Shown: in pieces, positions 41,701 through 55,790 of the stretch
How the letters are laid out: each line of letters begins with the position of its first letter
How positions within the stretch are numbered: the first letter of the stretch is position 1
From: Amoebidium appalachense
Taxonomy: Eukaryota > Protista > Ichthyosporea
Reading direction: 5' to 3'
Length of the DNA stretch: 64,000 nt
NCBI GenBank assembly: GCA_963693365.1
Contig: CAVNZM010000014.1
Span: 6,076,001 to 6,140,000, forward strand
Notes under the pieces: model-generated
The model's input: only the letters and a program-made list of their open reading frames with translations
Told to the model about the DNA's origin: nothing
Databases searched by the model: none
Position numbers and translations under genes: made by a program

Positions 41701-44700
41701 TTTAAACCGCAGGCTAGTGGGGTGAGGGGGCGGTGGGGGGCGAGCGGGGGACTGGGGAAGGAAGGGGCGGGGGGAGGGGGGGGGGGGGGAGATAGGGGGG
41801 GGGGGGGGGGGGGGGGGGGGGGTGTCTCACCGTTGCGCTCAAGATGGAAGTGAACTGTATGGGACACACAGTACCCTTCGCAGTAGGTGACCAGGTTTGC
41901 GCACAGGAATTTCTTGCATTTGTGAACCTGAGTGTGTGCAGGAGGGGGCCCAGGGGGGGGGGGGGGGGGGGGGGGGGGGAGGGGGGGGGGGGGAAGGGGG
42001 GAGGGTGTGTGTGTAGGGGGGGGAAGAGGGGATGGCCCAGGAGAAGTGAGAGGAGAGGAGGGAAGGGGAAGTATTGGTTGGGGACGGGGGGGGGGGGGGG
42101 GGGCCGGGGGAGGTTTAGGCGGGGGGGGGGGGGGGTGTTAAATTCTTTAAGTATTTAGGATGTAAGCAGAGACACAGTGGTGCAGTGTGAAAACACCACA
42201 GACACACACAACAACAAAACACGGAACGATCGGAGCAGTGTACACAACAGACATCAATGTTTAGACACGACTGAACTCAATTTATTTTGATCGCTAATAA
42301 ATACCTGAAATTCCCTTAAGTTAAATCCATACATGATTTCCGACCAGTCGGAAATCAGATCTATGTCTAAAATAACCAATCATAATTAACTGATTATTTC
42401 CCGGATAGATCCGGAGACGCGGGAACACACACCATAGGTCACAGCTATAAGAAAGAAAAGAGGTGAAGAGTAACGAGGAAAGAGGTGGTGTTTCTAACCT
42501 ATCATCGGCTACAAAGACTCAGACATTTTCTGACTAAGTCCACTGATTGGATATAGTACGGCAACACACAAAACAAAAGTGGTTGACTAAGCTATGAATC
42601 ATACCTGACAAGCTAAAGTGTAACCTAAGTGTTTTTCTACCAATCAAAACATAACGAGTAATATAAATCTACTCAACGTATATTAGTGAGAGAGAAATAT
42701 AATTAAATGAAAGGAAACAAGAGAAGAAAGAAAGAGAAAAGAAAAGACGAAGAAAGAGGAAAAAGAAAAGAAAGCAGGACAGAAAACACGAACAGCAAAA
42801 CACAGTTATAACCGAAGATATTCATGTACACATAACATGTACACGTGTCTCCCTCACTGGGTAGACTCGTGTACCTATAATCAGTTGCTGTAATCGATAT
42901 CTAAACACACGAATATAGCCGACACAACACGATTACAAGTACTCAAATACACTGGAGATCGATGTCATAATTTACGTACAAGGAGCACATCTTTTTCATT
43001 AAGTAAATGAATGAAAACATAACACGAACTGAGAAGATCTTACAATATGTAAATACTACGTATTATAACATCCCCACTTAAGACTTTGAAGTTTGTGTTA
43101 TCATATCCCCACTGAACTAGTGAAATCTCCCCACTTGAGAACAGAAACGGAAAAAAAAAAATTAAAGTGTGTACTTTTCCCGGGGGGGGGGGGGGGGGGG
43201 GGAAGGGGGGGGGGGGGGGAGGGGGGGGGGGGGGAGGGGGGGGGGGGGGGGGGAAGGGGGGGGGGGAAGGGGGGGGGGGGGGGGGAGGGGGGGGGGAAGG
43301 AACCGGGGCAAAAACAACGAATATATATAACGTGTATAGGCGGTGTTTGATTAACTGGGTTTTAAACCAGTGAAAGATAGAGTAGAGTGATGGTACGGGT
43401 CAAACCTTATATATAAACCCTAAGTGGGCATACCCACAAAGGCAATACATATGATATAATGATGTTGATAAAGTAAGTAGTACACATGAGAAAATCACTC
43501 TTGAAGTAGGTCGGGTCAATCCACAATATCCGGTAAACAAAGTCGAGCACGATGGTGGACATGACTCGGGCCGGGGAGGGGTTTGGTGAGTATGTCAGCT
43601 AAGTTGTGGGCTGACTCAACGTAGTGGACAACCACGTCCCCACTGGCAATGTAGTCCTTGGTGTTGTGATACCGGACGGCAATGTGTTTGGTACGGTGCT
43701 TGATGCCGGTGGAGTTGACGATGGCAATGGTCGACTGGTTGTCACAGTACACCGGAGTCGGAGCAAGCATGGGACAGCCGAGTTCCTTGAAGAGGTCACG
43801 GACCCAAGCAACTTCTTGGGTGCCAGCATTGAGAGCAATCAGCTCAGCTTCAGTGGTGCTGGTGGCCGTGATGGGCTGGAGCTTGGAGTACCAGATGACG
43901 GGCATACCAGCAAACACGATAATGTAGCCGGTGGTAGACTTCTTGCTGTCGGCACAACCAGCAAAGTCAGCATCCGTGTAGCATTCGAGTATGGGGGACT
44001 GGGTGGCCGAGTACTTGTAGTCAATGCCAAGGTCAATGGTGCCGAGCAGGTACCGGGCCACACGACGGAGAAGGTCCCAGTGAGTCTTGCCGGGGTTGGT
44101 GCTGAACCGACCAAGGAAGCCGATGGCATAGGCAATGTCGGGACGTGTGCACCGTGCCACCCAGAGGAGACGGCCGAGTAACTCACGGTAGGGCACGGTG
44201 AACGGTTGGGGGGGGCAATCAGCCAGGGAGACGGTGGTGCCTGCAGGGATGGGGGTAGACTTGGACTTGGCATCGGTGAGGTTGAAGTCGTGGATGATAT
44301 CCATGATGTAAGACCTCTGGTGCATGTGGAGGTGATGGGGATCAGAGTGATTAAAATCAACACCGAGCATACGGTCAAATGGACTCATACGACAGCTGGC
44401 CATCTTGCTGATGTGGGCAGCCAGGTCACTGGCAGCAGTAGAACCCCGGGTGTTGGTGATGGTGGAGTCATCGACGTAGTTACCAGCCCGTACCACATCG
44501 TTGTTGGGGAAGAACCGGAGGTAGATGCACGGGTCGGTCTTAGTGCGGGTCAGGCCATGGGCAAGAAGAATGCCGTCGAGGAAGTCGTACCAAGCCTTGG
44601 AGGCTTGCTTGAGGCCGTACAGGGCTTTCTTGAGTCTCCAGACCTTGCCAAGTGTGGCCATGGTGATGAATCCCGGGGGTTGTTTCATGTAGATGGTCTC

Positions 44701-47700
44701 GGTGAGTGGGCTGTTGAGAAAGGCCGTAGACACGTCGAGTTGATGTATGTCATGACCTTCAACAACGGCCAGAGCTAGGATGGCACGGAGAGCAGCCGGA
44801 CGGATGACAGGGCTCTCAATCAACTCATAGTCAACACCGTATTGCTGACTGAAGCCTTGAGCAACACCACGTGCCTTGATCTTGGTGTCACCAGCCGAGT
44901 TGAGAGTTTTCTCGGAGACAATCCACTTGAAGCCGACGATGTTAGCACCAGGGGGAGGGTCAACAAGTTCAAAGATGTCTTTGTCGACGAAGGCTTGATA
45001 CTCAGCAGTCAGGGCTGACTTGACCTGATCACCATTGGGTCCGGAACAGAGTTGACGGACAAGTTTGGGTAGTTGGTCGATGTTGATGGGGGGACCGGGG
45101 GGGGACTGGCAGGGTGGTGGTGGCTTGAAGTCCAACCTTGCCCTGGAGACGGGCAGAACGACGGGGTGCAGGAACCGGGGTAGGTGGAGACGGTGGGGGG
45201 GGGAACTTGGAAGTTCGGAAGTGCAGGGGGGGCAACCTCCGGGCTGGACGGGGCCGAGTGGAAGTTGTCGGGGGAGCCGGGTCGGATGGGTGTGACGTTG
45301 CCAGGGGCAGGATGAGGGTCGGCAGGCTGGACGGGCACGGGGGCAGGGGGGGCCGGTGGGGGGGGGGGTGTCGGGGGAACGACGATGGCAGGAGGGGGGC
45401 CAGAGTACACCAGACAAACATCATCTTCAGTGTCAACTGTGGGGGGTGGGGTGGTCGAGGTAGCAGTGGTGTCGGGGGTCGGAAGGGTTGATGGAATGTC
45501 GGACGGGAGATAAGCTGATTCGTCGAAAATCACATCACGGAAGAGGCCGACACGATGGGTGGTGGCATTGAAGATCCGGTGGCAGTGTGATTGAAGATCA
45601 TAGCCGATATACATGCCGAGTTTGACGGTGGGGGCCAGCTTGTTCCGTTTAGAGGCTGGCACGTGAGTGTAGGCAGGGCAACCGAACACTTTGAGCTCGG
45701 AGATGTCGGGCTTGACACCGTAGAAAACCTCGAATGGTGTACGACCATTGGCAGTCGTGGACGGGGTGACGTTGATGATGTAGGCGGCATGTTGGAGGGC
45801 CTCAGCCCACAGTTTGGGAGACAGAGACTGATCTTGGACTTGATGGAGGAGGCAACGGACAATCTCTTGGAGGAACCGCATACGTCGTTCAACATAGCCG
45901 TTCAGTTGAGGGCAGTCCACCGGAGCATAGCTGGCCTTGATGCCCTGGGAGAGGCAAAAAGCACGGGTATCCTTGGAGGTGAACTCAGAGCCAGAGTCGA
46001 AGTGGTAAACACCAACTTTGGAGGGGGCATGGGTGGCAACGAGGTTGGTGTGAGCTGTGAGAATATCCAGGGTGGTGGTACGGTCGGCCATCGGGTAGAT
46101 CTTGACGAGGCCAGAGGCACGGCAGACAGTGACGAGAGCAACCTTGGAACCTCCGTACGATGTTGTGGTAGGCTCAAAAAAATCCCAATGCCATTCATGA
46201 CCGGGGATGTTGGAGTGAGGACGGTCACCCCTGAACGGAGCCTTGGTGGTCTTACCCATAATGCAGCCATGACAATCAGGAACATCACAGTCGAGGACAG
46301 AGGAGGGGAGACCAATAACAAGGTCGTGTTTCACCATGTCCTTGATGCTGGTCATAGCTCGGTGCCCCAGACGATGGTGCCAGATGGATGGGTTAACACT
46401 GGTAGTGGCAGCCAGAGCCACAGGACGAGTGGGTGGTTGAATGGTGTAGTCCTTGAAGTAATACAGACCGTTGTGTAGACGGAGGTTGACGAGATGACGG
46501 CCGGTGAGTCGGTCGAAGAGGAATGACGGAGTGGAGGCATCGTTCAAATCACCCTTGATGTATTCGGCAGCAGCTTGGGATGTTGAAATGAGGAAGGCTT
46601 GGCCAGACGGGGTGTAGTAGGCTTCAATGGTTAGGGTGGTAGTGCCATGGTCGGTGGTGGTGTTGATGACGATATGGCCGGTGTGAGTGGCCAAGACGGG
46701 GGTGCCATTGAAGGCAGCAACGGGAGTCGGTGTCGGAAGGGGAGTGAGGTCATGGAAGAACTCACGGGTGGGGCAAACAGTCATGTTGCACCCGGAATCC
46801 CAGGCAGGGTCGGAGGACACGGGGACGGAGCTAGCATTGTATGCCGAGAAAGCAAAGGAGACAGATTTCTCACTGCCTTGACGGGAACGGTTGTGTCTGG
46901 ACATACGGCATTTCGGCTCAGGGCAATCGATGATCGTGTGATCAGGCTCGTGGCAGTAGGAGCATTCTTTCACGGACGGGGTGTTAGAACGAGCCGGGGA
47001 ATCAGAACGACGGGAACCCGAGAAACGGGAACGACTGGGGGAACGAGACGTGGACCGGAAGGCAGGCCGGTGGGGGGAACGGGATCGGGTGTGCTGACGG
47101 GAGAGACGAGTTCGGAGGTCCGTGCCAGAGGTACGGTCAAGTCGGGTGCGTAAGTCACGGCGAGGAAGATCACGGGGGGGAGCACTGGCATTTAATGCCA
47201 TGCTGGACTTGGAGGCACGGTGGGCACGGTTGTTCCGGAGTTGCATCTTGAGGTCTTGACGTAACTCGATGCCCTTGACGTGGTTATGGAGGGACTCGAA
47301 GTCGGGGAATAGCTTATCACCGAAGTGATAGTCTTCGATAAGACGATTGAACTCAGGGGTGAGGTCGTCTCTGGTGGTGAGTTCATTGAAGAACTTCTCA
47401 GCTAGACGAGTGAAGTGAATGGACTCATCTTGGAGAGACTGGAGCTGGTTCACGATGGTCTGCAGACGGCTCAGGTAGGTGGTGAATGATTCACCGGGCT
47501 GAAGGGCACAGGCATCCCACTGACGGTGAAGGATGCGGATCTGATCGGGTTTGCCTTGGAGATAGTGTTGACGGAATTTCCACATGGCCCGTTCAGGGTC
47601 CATGCCAATACGGTACTGGGCAACGGTGGTGAGGACGGAAGGGTCGATGTTCTGTATCATATGGAGCAGGAGGCAATTGCGGGCCTCTTTGAGTTCCGCG

Positions 47701-49633
47701 GTAGTGCCGTAGCCATAGAAGGGGGGTTCACCGTCAACCGCGACGGTGGTAGGGGGGACGTAGTTGTCAGCAAGGACAACATCCACGAGTCGGACACCTT
47801 TAGTGCCGGTCATCATGCCGAGAAAAATGATTTCCCATTGAAAATAGGTAGTTTTGCTATCGGGACCAGTCTTCCCTTCACCTTTCCACATGGTGATTTT
47901 GTTTACGCCAGTTTTGTTTGGATCCATGATTGAAAAAACGAGCGCGAGTTCTAGATGTGTGTAGGGAGCGTGCAAAAGGGCTGCATAACCTGTTAAATTC
48001 TTTAAGTATTTAGGATGTAAGCAGAGACACAGTGGTGCAGTGTGAAAACACCACAGACACACACAACAACAAAACACGGAACGATCGGAGCAGTGTACAC
48101 AACAGACATCAATGTTTAGACACGACTGAACTCAATTTATTTTGATCGCTAATAAATACCTGAAATTCCCTTAAGTTAAATCCATACATGATTTCCGACC
48201 AGTCGGAAATCAGATCTATGTCTAAAATAACCAATCATAATTAACTGATTATTTCCCGGATAGATCCGGAGACGCGGGAACACACACCATAGGTCACAGC
48301 TATAAGAAAGAAAAGAGGTGAAGAGTAACGAGGAAAGAGGTGGTGTTTCTAACCTATCATCGGCTACAAAGACTCAGACATTTTCTGACTAAGTCCACTG
48401 ATTGGATATAGTACGGCAACACACAAAACAAAAGTGGTTGACTAAGCTATGAATCATACCTGACAAGCTAAAGTGTAACCTAAGTGTTTTTCTACCAATC
48501 AAAACATAACGAGTAATATAAATCTACTCAACGTATATTAGTGAGAGAGAAATATAATTAAATGAAAGGAAACAAGAGAAGAAAGAAAGAGAAAAGAAAA
48601 GACGAAGAAAGAGGAAAAAGAAAAGAAAGCAGGACAGAAAACACGAACAGCAAAACACAGTTATAACCGAAGATATTCATGTACACATAACATGTACACG
48701 TGTCTCCCTCACTGGGTAGACTCGTGTACCTATAATCAGTTGCTGTAATCGATATCTAAACACACGAATATAGCCGACACAACACGATTACAAGTACTCA
48801 AATACACTGGAGATCGATGTCATAATTTACGTACAAGGAGCACATCTTTTTCATTAAGTAAATGAATGAAAACATAACACGAACTGAGAAGATCTTACAA
48901 TATGTAAATACTACGTATTATAACAGGGGGGGGGAGCAAGATGAGAGTGGGAGAAACGTCAGAAAGACAACTCGGGTTCAGACCGTGTAAGGGGGGAAGG
49001 GGGAGGGGGGAGGGGCGGAGGAAATCTGGTGGGGGCGAGGGGGGGTATATGCGAAGAAACAAGAGACAGAGGTGAGGTGCAAGACTGTGGGGAGCTAGAG
49101 TGTGAGTATCCAGGCACAAAGATGTCTGCTCGTCAGGGTGACAATGTGTGTGAGTAGGAGAGATGGGGAAAGAGGGGACCAATGTGAACCTGGCCATAGC
49201 CTCCTCCGGTCCCAAGTTGTGCCTGGTGCAGCACACACAGACCACCTTCCTCCGTTGCTTTCTTCTTGCACTGAGTGGCGTTGTGAGGGGGTGCACTGTA
49301 CCCTACGCATTGTCCAAAACTCGACGGTTCCCGCTGCACGGTAACGCCCTCGACCTGGGGAGCCCGGACACAGAGGCACGACAGCCATTTGTCTGCGCCG
49401 ATGTCCGTGATGAGCTGGCGAGCAACGGCGGGTGTGATGACGCGGTTTTCTGGTACAAGCGGGTGAGAGGCCGGCGGGGAGGCCCTAGCGGGGGTGGGGG
49501 CTTGAAACCCAAGTTGGCGATTTGGCCTGCCGACTTGATCAGGTGTTTTTGAAACAAACTGAAGAGGGCTTGTTGTACCGAGAGGAATTGAAAGAGTCGA
49601 AATGTTCGGGCCATTTTGGATTTTCACGACCAA
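38608..49633 (-). CDS. Putative spliced gene for a small Cys/His-motif protein; exons ~49633-49190, 41927-41831, 41713-~41660, ~38651-38608
   Basis: GT-AG junctions with compatible phases give ..QCVGYSAPPHNATQCKKKATEEGGLCVLHQ..GYGQ|VHKCKKFLCANLVTYCEGYCVSH..ERN|ACGLNQPAFEQECG... Two introns hold LTR elements. Start not resolved. Confidence 0.4.
38886..41577 (+). mobile_element. Non-autonomous Gypsy-type LTR element with decayed gag
   Basis: 605-bp LTRs 38886-39490 and 40973-41577 (one mismatch spotted). [36 protein letters not shown]. Degenerate knuckle CDNCKERGQ at ~39942. Confidence 0.93.
42136..48925 (-). mobile_element. Full-length Ty1/Copia LTR retrotransposon inserted in a poly-G tract
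   Basis: 935-bp LTRs 42136-43070 and 47991-48925 (no differences spotted). TSD GGGGG. PBS GGTTATGCAGCCC on the minus strand. PPT TAAGTGGGGA. Confidence 0.97.
43516..47927 (-). CDS. Copia gag-pol polyprotein with one frameshift near 45200
   Basis: CSYCHEPDHTIIDC; WDSGC; WHHRLGH; HFDSGSEF..NGYVER; KARGVAQGF, LYGLKQA, YVDD; YTDADFA, KHIAVRYH, NLADILTK. The frame changes in a Pro-rich linker with G-runs, so it may be a sequencing error. Confidence 0.93.
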
Positions 49634-49899
49634 CTCATCAATTTTTACTCAACAACTACCTTTTGTTGCGCGTCTGCTGGCGAATCGCTCATGTTGAAGG
49701 TTATACTATGGCGGAGAAGCGTAAGGGAACGACAGGGAAAGGTTCGGGTATGCTTATATAAGAATTGCTAAGTGAAGGCTGTGTCTAGCTACTTTGACCG
49801 CCCTGTAACGCTGTGCTTTTTGCAAAGAACAGACCGGACCGAAACGAAAAAAGGTTGGATGTACGCCCATTGAAACGGCCTTGCTGCGCTCGCCGCATT

Positions 49900-50306
49900 C
49901 CTGAGTGAGATCCACCAATGGCCAGCGGCTCTGGCACAGATCGTCATGACCAGTACCCAGTTTCCCGGATGTACATTCGCTGAATGCTCAAAAATGCAAA
50001 AAAGTGCCCAACCCGAACGTTTTTGTACGTTTTTGTACATACTGTTGCATTCCAGTAAATTTGTAACACCATTTTGGCCAGTTTTCGTGCCATTTTTTTA
50101 TTTTTCATTCTGCGAACATTCGATTAGAACGTTTTTGTACAGGATTGAGCACGATTCGAACGCAGCTCCGCCGCGCCGGCAGGGGAGGAGCTGGGTGCCA
50201 ATGGCTATCCACAAATGTTCCGATTGAACATTCCATGAACACACACGGATACGTGCATCGAGCGAGGCTGAGCGAGGTAGGTTCGCGTGACGGTGGGAGT
50301 AGTACG

Positions 50307-50359
<53 letters not shown>

Positions 50360-50695
50360 GCTTTATTGCGTCTACTGCGACCGCCTTGTAACGCTGTGCT
50401 GGTTACAACAAACGAGAAAAGAAAGAGAAGAGCGAAATTAAACCCCACATGTACACCGCGGATATGCCACCATGATCCTGAGTGAGATCCACCAATGGCC
50501 AGCGGCTCTGGCACAGATCGTTATGACCAGTACCCAGTTTCCCGGATGTACATTCGCTGAATGCTCAAAAATGCAACAAAGTGCCCAACCCGAACGTTTT
50601 TGTACCACGCGTAACTACGACCTGTTTATTAGATGTATTGATTGGCTTGAGAAACACATCACTACAAAATTATAGCGCACGCGCACACACACACA

Positions 50696-50752
<57 letters not shown>

Positions 50753-50785
50753 CCAGCTGATACCGAGTGTCCCGAGGGGGAGCCC

Positions 50786-50827
<42 letters not shown>

Positions 50828-51162
50828 GGGGAACCCCAACTAATTGATTTCTCCTTGTAGTCTTTATGGTGTCTCGTAGAGAAAGTAAACCCTGATATAT
50901 AGTCACCACCCGACATCTATGTACGTGATCATGATATACCGCTGAGGGGATATTCCGAGCAAACCCCCCCCCCCCATACCTGAGACTGGTTCTCTTTGCC
51001 TCGAGTAAACAGCGTAAACCCCCCGTTTTTGTATATACTGTTGCATTCCAGTAAATTTGTAACACCATTTTGGCCAGTTTTCGTGCCATTTTTTTATTTT
51101 TCATTCTGCGAACAGTCGATTAGAACGTTTTTGTACAGGATTGAGCACGATTCGAACGCAGC
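49900..51162. repeat. Duplicated ~270-bp unit (49900-50166 and 50477-51162); the second copy is interrupted by an insertion
   Basis: CCTGAGTGAGATCCACCAATGGCC...CGATTCGAACGCAGCT occurs twice. Confidence 0.85.
50606..51024 (+). mobile_element. ~420-bp non-autonomous element inserted without a TSD
   Basis: The empty site is visible in the paralogous unit (TTTTGTAC^GTTTTTG, 50028/50029). Other copies at 1-87 (minus), 3234-3669 and 51969-52032 (right end only). Confidence 0.75.
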
Positions 51163-52685
51163 TGCAAACGAGTGCTCACGCTGAATACACGTTGAACGTG
51201 CCATGAACACAAACGGACACCGCCGATATATAGCATTTTAAAGCACCCAGGCAAGGGAGAGCGACAAAAACCACTGCGTAGATAAATAAAAAAAGGGGGG
51301 GATGTGCTAAAAAGCTAAAATATAGATTGAATGTTTTAAGAAGGTTTATTTGAAACACTGTATAGACATCAACAAATTTTATTATAAATGTTTGACGGTA
51401 TTATTTGAAATACGCAGCTATCGATACCCTTCAATAAATATAAAAGCCAACTCTGTTTGCAGCTCGCGGCGAAATGTAAAATATGAAATAAACAGCAAAG
51501 AGCTCAAATATTGATTAATTAGCAAGGCTATAATATAGTAGTGAGCACGAAAAAAAAAATATATATCCACGGTTTTTTAATACTACGTCATGTGGAGTGC
51601 TAATATGGGAATACTGGCTTTATATAGGGCAAAAAAATCCTTGGTCGTTGTGATTGTGGGAAATATTTGGAGACTTTTGATTGGACGAATATCCCTGAAC
51701 ATCGTCGCCTTGTGAACACATCTGCCCGAGCCTCATGGCTCCCCCTATACTATGCCGCTGATTACGCTCATATATGGTAGCAGAGACAGCCCGACCGCCC
51801 TCTGATGGCCTAGCCGCTTTCCACTGCGCACTGCTATGAGCTCGGGGCGAGCTCACTCCCGCCGCCGAGATGTATGAGTGAGATTGTCCCACAATCACAC
51901 GCATATGAATTTGTACTTGGAGTCAGAGGCAGAGACCAGATCCGCCGAGACCCTGCCCGAGCCTCATGTAAACCCCCCCCCCCATACCTGAGACTGGTTC
52001 TCTTTGCCTCGAGTAAACAGCGTAAACCCCCCGTGAACACATCATGTATTCGTGAATACACTGTTGAGTGCCTACGTGCTTGTTTGGAGTTCTGTGACGT
52101 GTGTCTGTATATGTGTGTGTGTGTGCGCGTGCGTGCGTGTGTGCCTGCGCGCACGTGTGTGTATGTGTTTTGTGTATGTGTGTGTGCGTGTGTGTGTGTG
52201 TGCGTGTGTGTGCGTGTATGTGTGTGTGTGTGTGTGCGTGTATGTGTGTGTGTGTGTGCGTGCATGTGTGTGTGTGTGTGTGCGTGAGTGCATGCATGCA
52301 CGCGTTTGTGCGTGCGCTGTGTGGCTGTGTTGTGGGTCACACACGCACACACACGGCGCGCGCGCGCGTACGCACATATATGCATGCACACACGGACATA
52401 TGCACGCACGCACGCACGCACGCACGCACGCGCGCACACACGCACACACGGGTTATACAGTCCTTCGATTTATTTTGAGATCGTAAAGGGGCATTCATGC
52501 TGTTACAAACTTTACGGTACACAGTTTCGGTTTCCTTCATTCTATGGGTACGAACATTCAAACAAACAGGCGGCACAATGTAATACTCATCGTCCTCTTA
52601 GGTTATGACTATTCACGTATAGTTACTGAACAGTCAGTTGAACAACACAGGAACACACACACTTCTTTATCGGGTCCTATCAATA

Positions 52686-52717
<32 letters not shown>

Positions 52718-52772
52718 CAAATAATGCAAGCCAAGGAGATTGATGATTACACGTGCACGACCAATTACATAC

Positions 52773-53222
52773 TCAGCTCTGGCGCTCAGTCACAGTCCCC
52801 AGGTAGATAAACCTGTTTACATAGAAATCATTGGGGCCCTTTCCAAACCTAGGAACCACGTGCACGAGCCCTAGAATCGATTCCACCTCTATGCATTCGT
52901 AATGGTCTACAAGAACCAGCTTTTCACACCCACACCGACAACACATCCCTTTCTTCTCATACCACTGAACGAATGCAAAGCACCTACGTTCTCCCTCGTG
53001 CATGCATTTAAACAAACACAAGACCCGCGCATACCACGCGTCCTTGTTGCCTTGGTCGTCAACAGCATCCACCTGAATGCTGTCGTAGCGAGGGCTCCCA
53101 TAGAATGAGTCCGATGCCACCACCCGGAAGTATAACTTGCTTCCCTCCTCTCTGATGTGGATGGACCGGTAGACGTGTATCTGGGCAAAAGGTTGTTGGA
53201 AGGGTTTTTTGTGTGTGTGCGT

Positions 53223-53256
<34 letters not shown>

Positions 53257-54596
53257 GTGATGAGAACATGTAACACAAGGAAAAAGGGGGGTGGGGGGGA
53301 GGAGGGGGGGAGGGAGGATGGGGGAGGGGGAGCAGGGTGAGGATAGGGATGAAGGAAAGGCAGAGTGGGTGGGGGAGGAGAGGTGGAGAGAGGGAGAGGT
53401 GCCCTGAAAAATAACACACCTGATTCTCGTAAGGGTTGGGCATCTGGTCCCGACGCAGCCGTGCCCCGCCAGGCCGCTGCTCTGGTGGGGTTAAAGCCCA
53501 CTGTAGGCGGGCCGGAAGTTGCTTCAGTTGAGGATGCTTCTTGACGGACGCATGGTAGTTCCCGTTCCATCCAGGATAGGTCTGGTCAAGTTGGCGTAGG
53601 AAGACCGGCTTTGGTTCCTTACCTATCAGAAAAAGGTAGAAAAAGGTATAGTGTGTGTGAGTGGTTATGTCGGTTTGTTATGTTTTCCGTTTGCTGGGGA
53701 TGGAAGGGGGGGGGGGGGGGGTCTTTGCGGTGTATAATTGTTTGCGCGATATGTTGCTGCATGCTTAAACAGTTTGTGCAAGCCCCCCTAGGCCGTGGAA
53801 AGGTTGTGGTCGTGTATGCTGGTGGGGGGAACGGTGCACTATGCACGGGAAGTCCTTAGTTGCACTGGGGGGGGGGGGGGGGGGGGGGGTTCAACCCTTC
53901 GAAATTGCCATCAACTATACGAGTGTATTCAATGGTATTACCCTGTGCCTAGATCAGAGTGTTCACGTGTCCTAGGATACTAATGTAATGGGTACGAACA
54001 CCTTGTTGGTAAACGAGGATGATACGTTAACACCCAATTGGAACACCCACGAATACATTCGTACATCGATTGGACAGTTGGTCGTCCGACCCAGCACCAC
54101 GTGGAGGTAATAAATCAAAAAAGACCACCGATGCACATGTCTCTGTGTGTGTGTGTTGGGGGGGGGGGGGGGGGGGGGATATTCTTTATGGTTAACTGGG
54201 TAAGGGGGGACTGCACCGATCAGGATGTAATCCTCCCCAAGCTTCTCTGCAATGGCCTCTTCTTGTGCTGCAACAGCCAGTGGGTCCTCCACAACACCAC
54301 TAGGGTCCTCCACCTCACCTCTGTCCAAGAGGTTACTGTCAGCCAGGCTGGAGAGGAATGCCATAGCCTCGTATCTTCTGATGTTCTCCACCATCTGTTG
54401 TGTGTGTACGAAGGTGTGTGTGTGTTGAGGGGGCAAGGGGGGAGGGTGAGTGTTGGGGGAAGGGGTGGGGGGGGGGGGGGGGTGGGGGGGGGGGGGGGGG
54501 GGGGGGGGAGAGAGAGAGAGGAAGGGGGAGAGTTAGTGAATACGTGAGAAACGAAGGGTGTGATCCATAGGGTAGCAGGCAGATGAGGTGGGGGAG

Positions 54597-54629
<33 letters not shown>

Positions 54630-55463
54630 TGATTTACCTGGCTTTCAAAGGTGATGGTGTTCTTGTTAGTGGACTTGTATGCCACCTTCGACAGCTTGTG
54701 GTGGCGCTCTCCACCCTCAGCTGACTCGAATGCCCCAAACTCCTTTGTGGCCAAGGAGTAGTGCTTGCCGACGTGGAACTTTATGAAGTTCATCTCTGAT
54801 GGGTTGCAGCCCTTGAAGGTCTTTTCCATGCGGTCACAGAACCTGTATGCAGATTGATTTGCACTAATAGTCACTGCATGCTCATTACAGGTGTGCCATT
54901 CACGGGAAAGCAACAGATGCAATGGGGGGGGGGGGGACGGGGGGGGGGGGGTCTTTGCGGTGTAAAATTGTTTGCGCGATAATTCGCTGCATGCCAAAAC
55001 AGTGGGTGTAAGCCCCCCTAAGCCGTAGGAAGGTTGTGGTCGTGCATGCTGGTGGGGGGCATGGTGCACTACACATATACCATGCACGGGAAGTCCACAG
55101 TTGCACTGGGGGGGGGTGGACGGGGGGGGGTCTTTGCGGTGTAAAATTGTTTGCGCGACATGTCGCTGCATGCCAAAACAGTGGGTGTAAGCCCCCCTAA
55201 GCCGTAGGAAGGTTGTGGTCGTGCATGCTGGTGGGGGGCATGGTGCACTACACATATACCATGCACGGGAAGTCCACAGTTGCACTGGGGGGGGTGGACG
55301 GGGGGGGTCTTTGCGGTGTAAAATTGTTTGCGCGATAATTCGCTGCATGCCAAAACAGTGGGTGCAAGCCCCCCTAAGCCGTAGGAAGGTTGTGGTCGTG
55401 CATGCTGGTGGGGGGAACGGTGCACTACACGTGTACCATGCACGGGAAGTTTTTAGTTGCACT

Positions 55464-55496
<33 letters not shown>

Positions 55497-55751
55497 CAAC
55501 CCTTCGAAATTGCCATCAACTATATGAGTGTATTCAATGGTATTACCCTGTGCCTAGATCAGAGTGTTCAAGTGTCCTAGTGTACTAATGTAATAGGTAC
55601 GAACACCTATTTGGTATTTTATAATGCTAATGAGCACTATATTTGGACATTCAGGAATACATTCGTACATTTTGTGGACACTTTTTCGCCCGACCCGAGC
55701 ACCACAGTGAGTGCTACGGGGGGGTTGGTTGGGAGGGGGAGGGGGGGAGGG

Positions 55752-55790
<39 letters not shown>

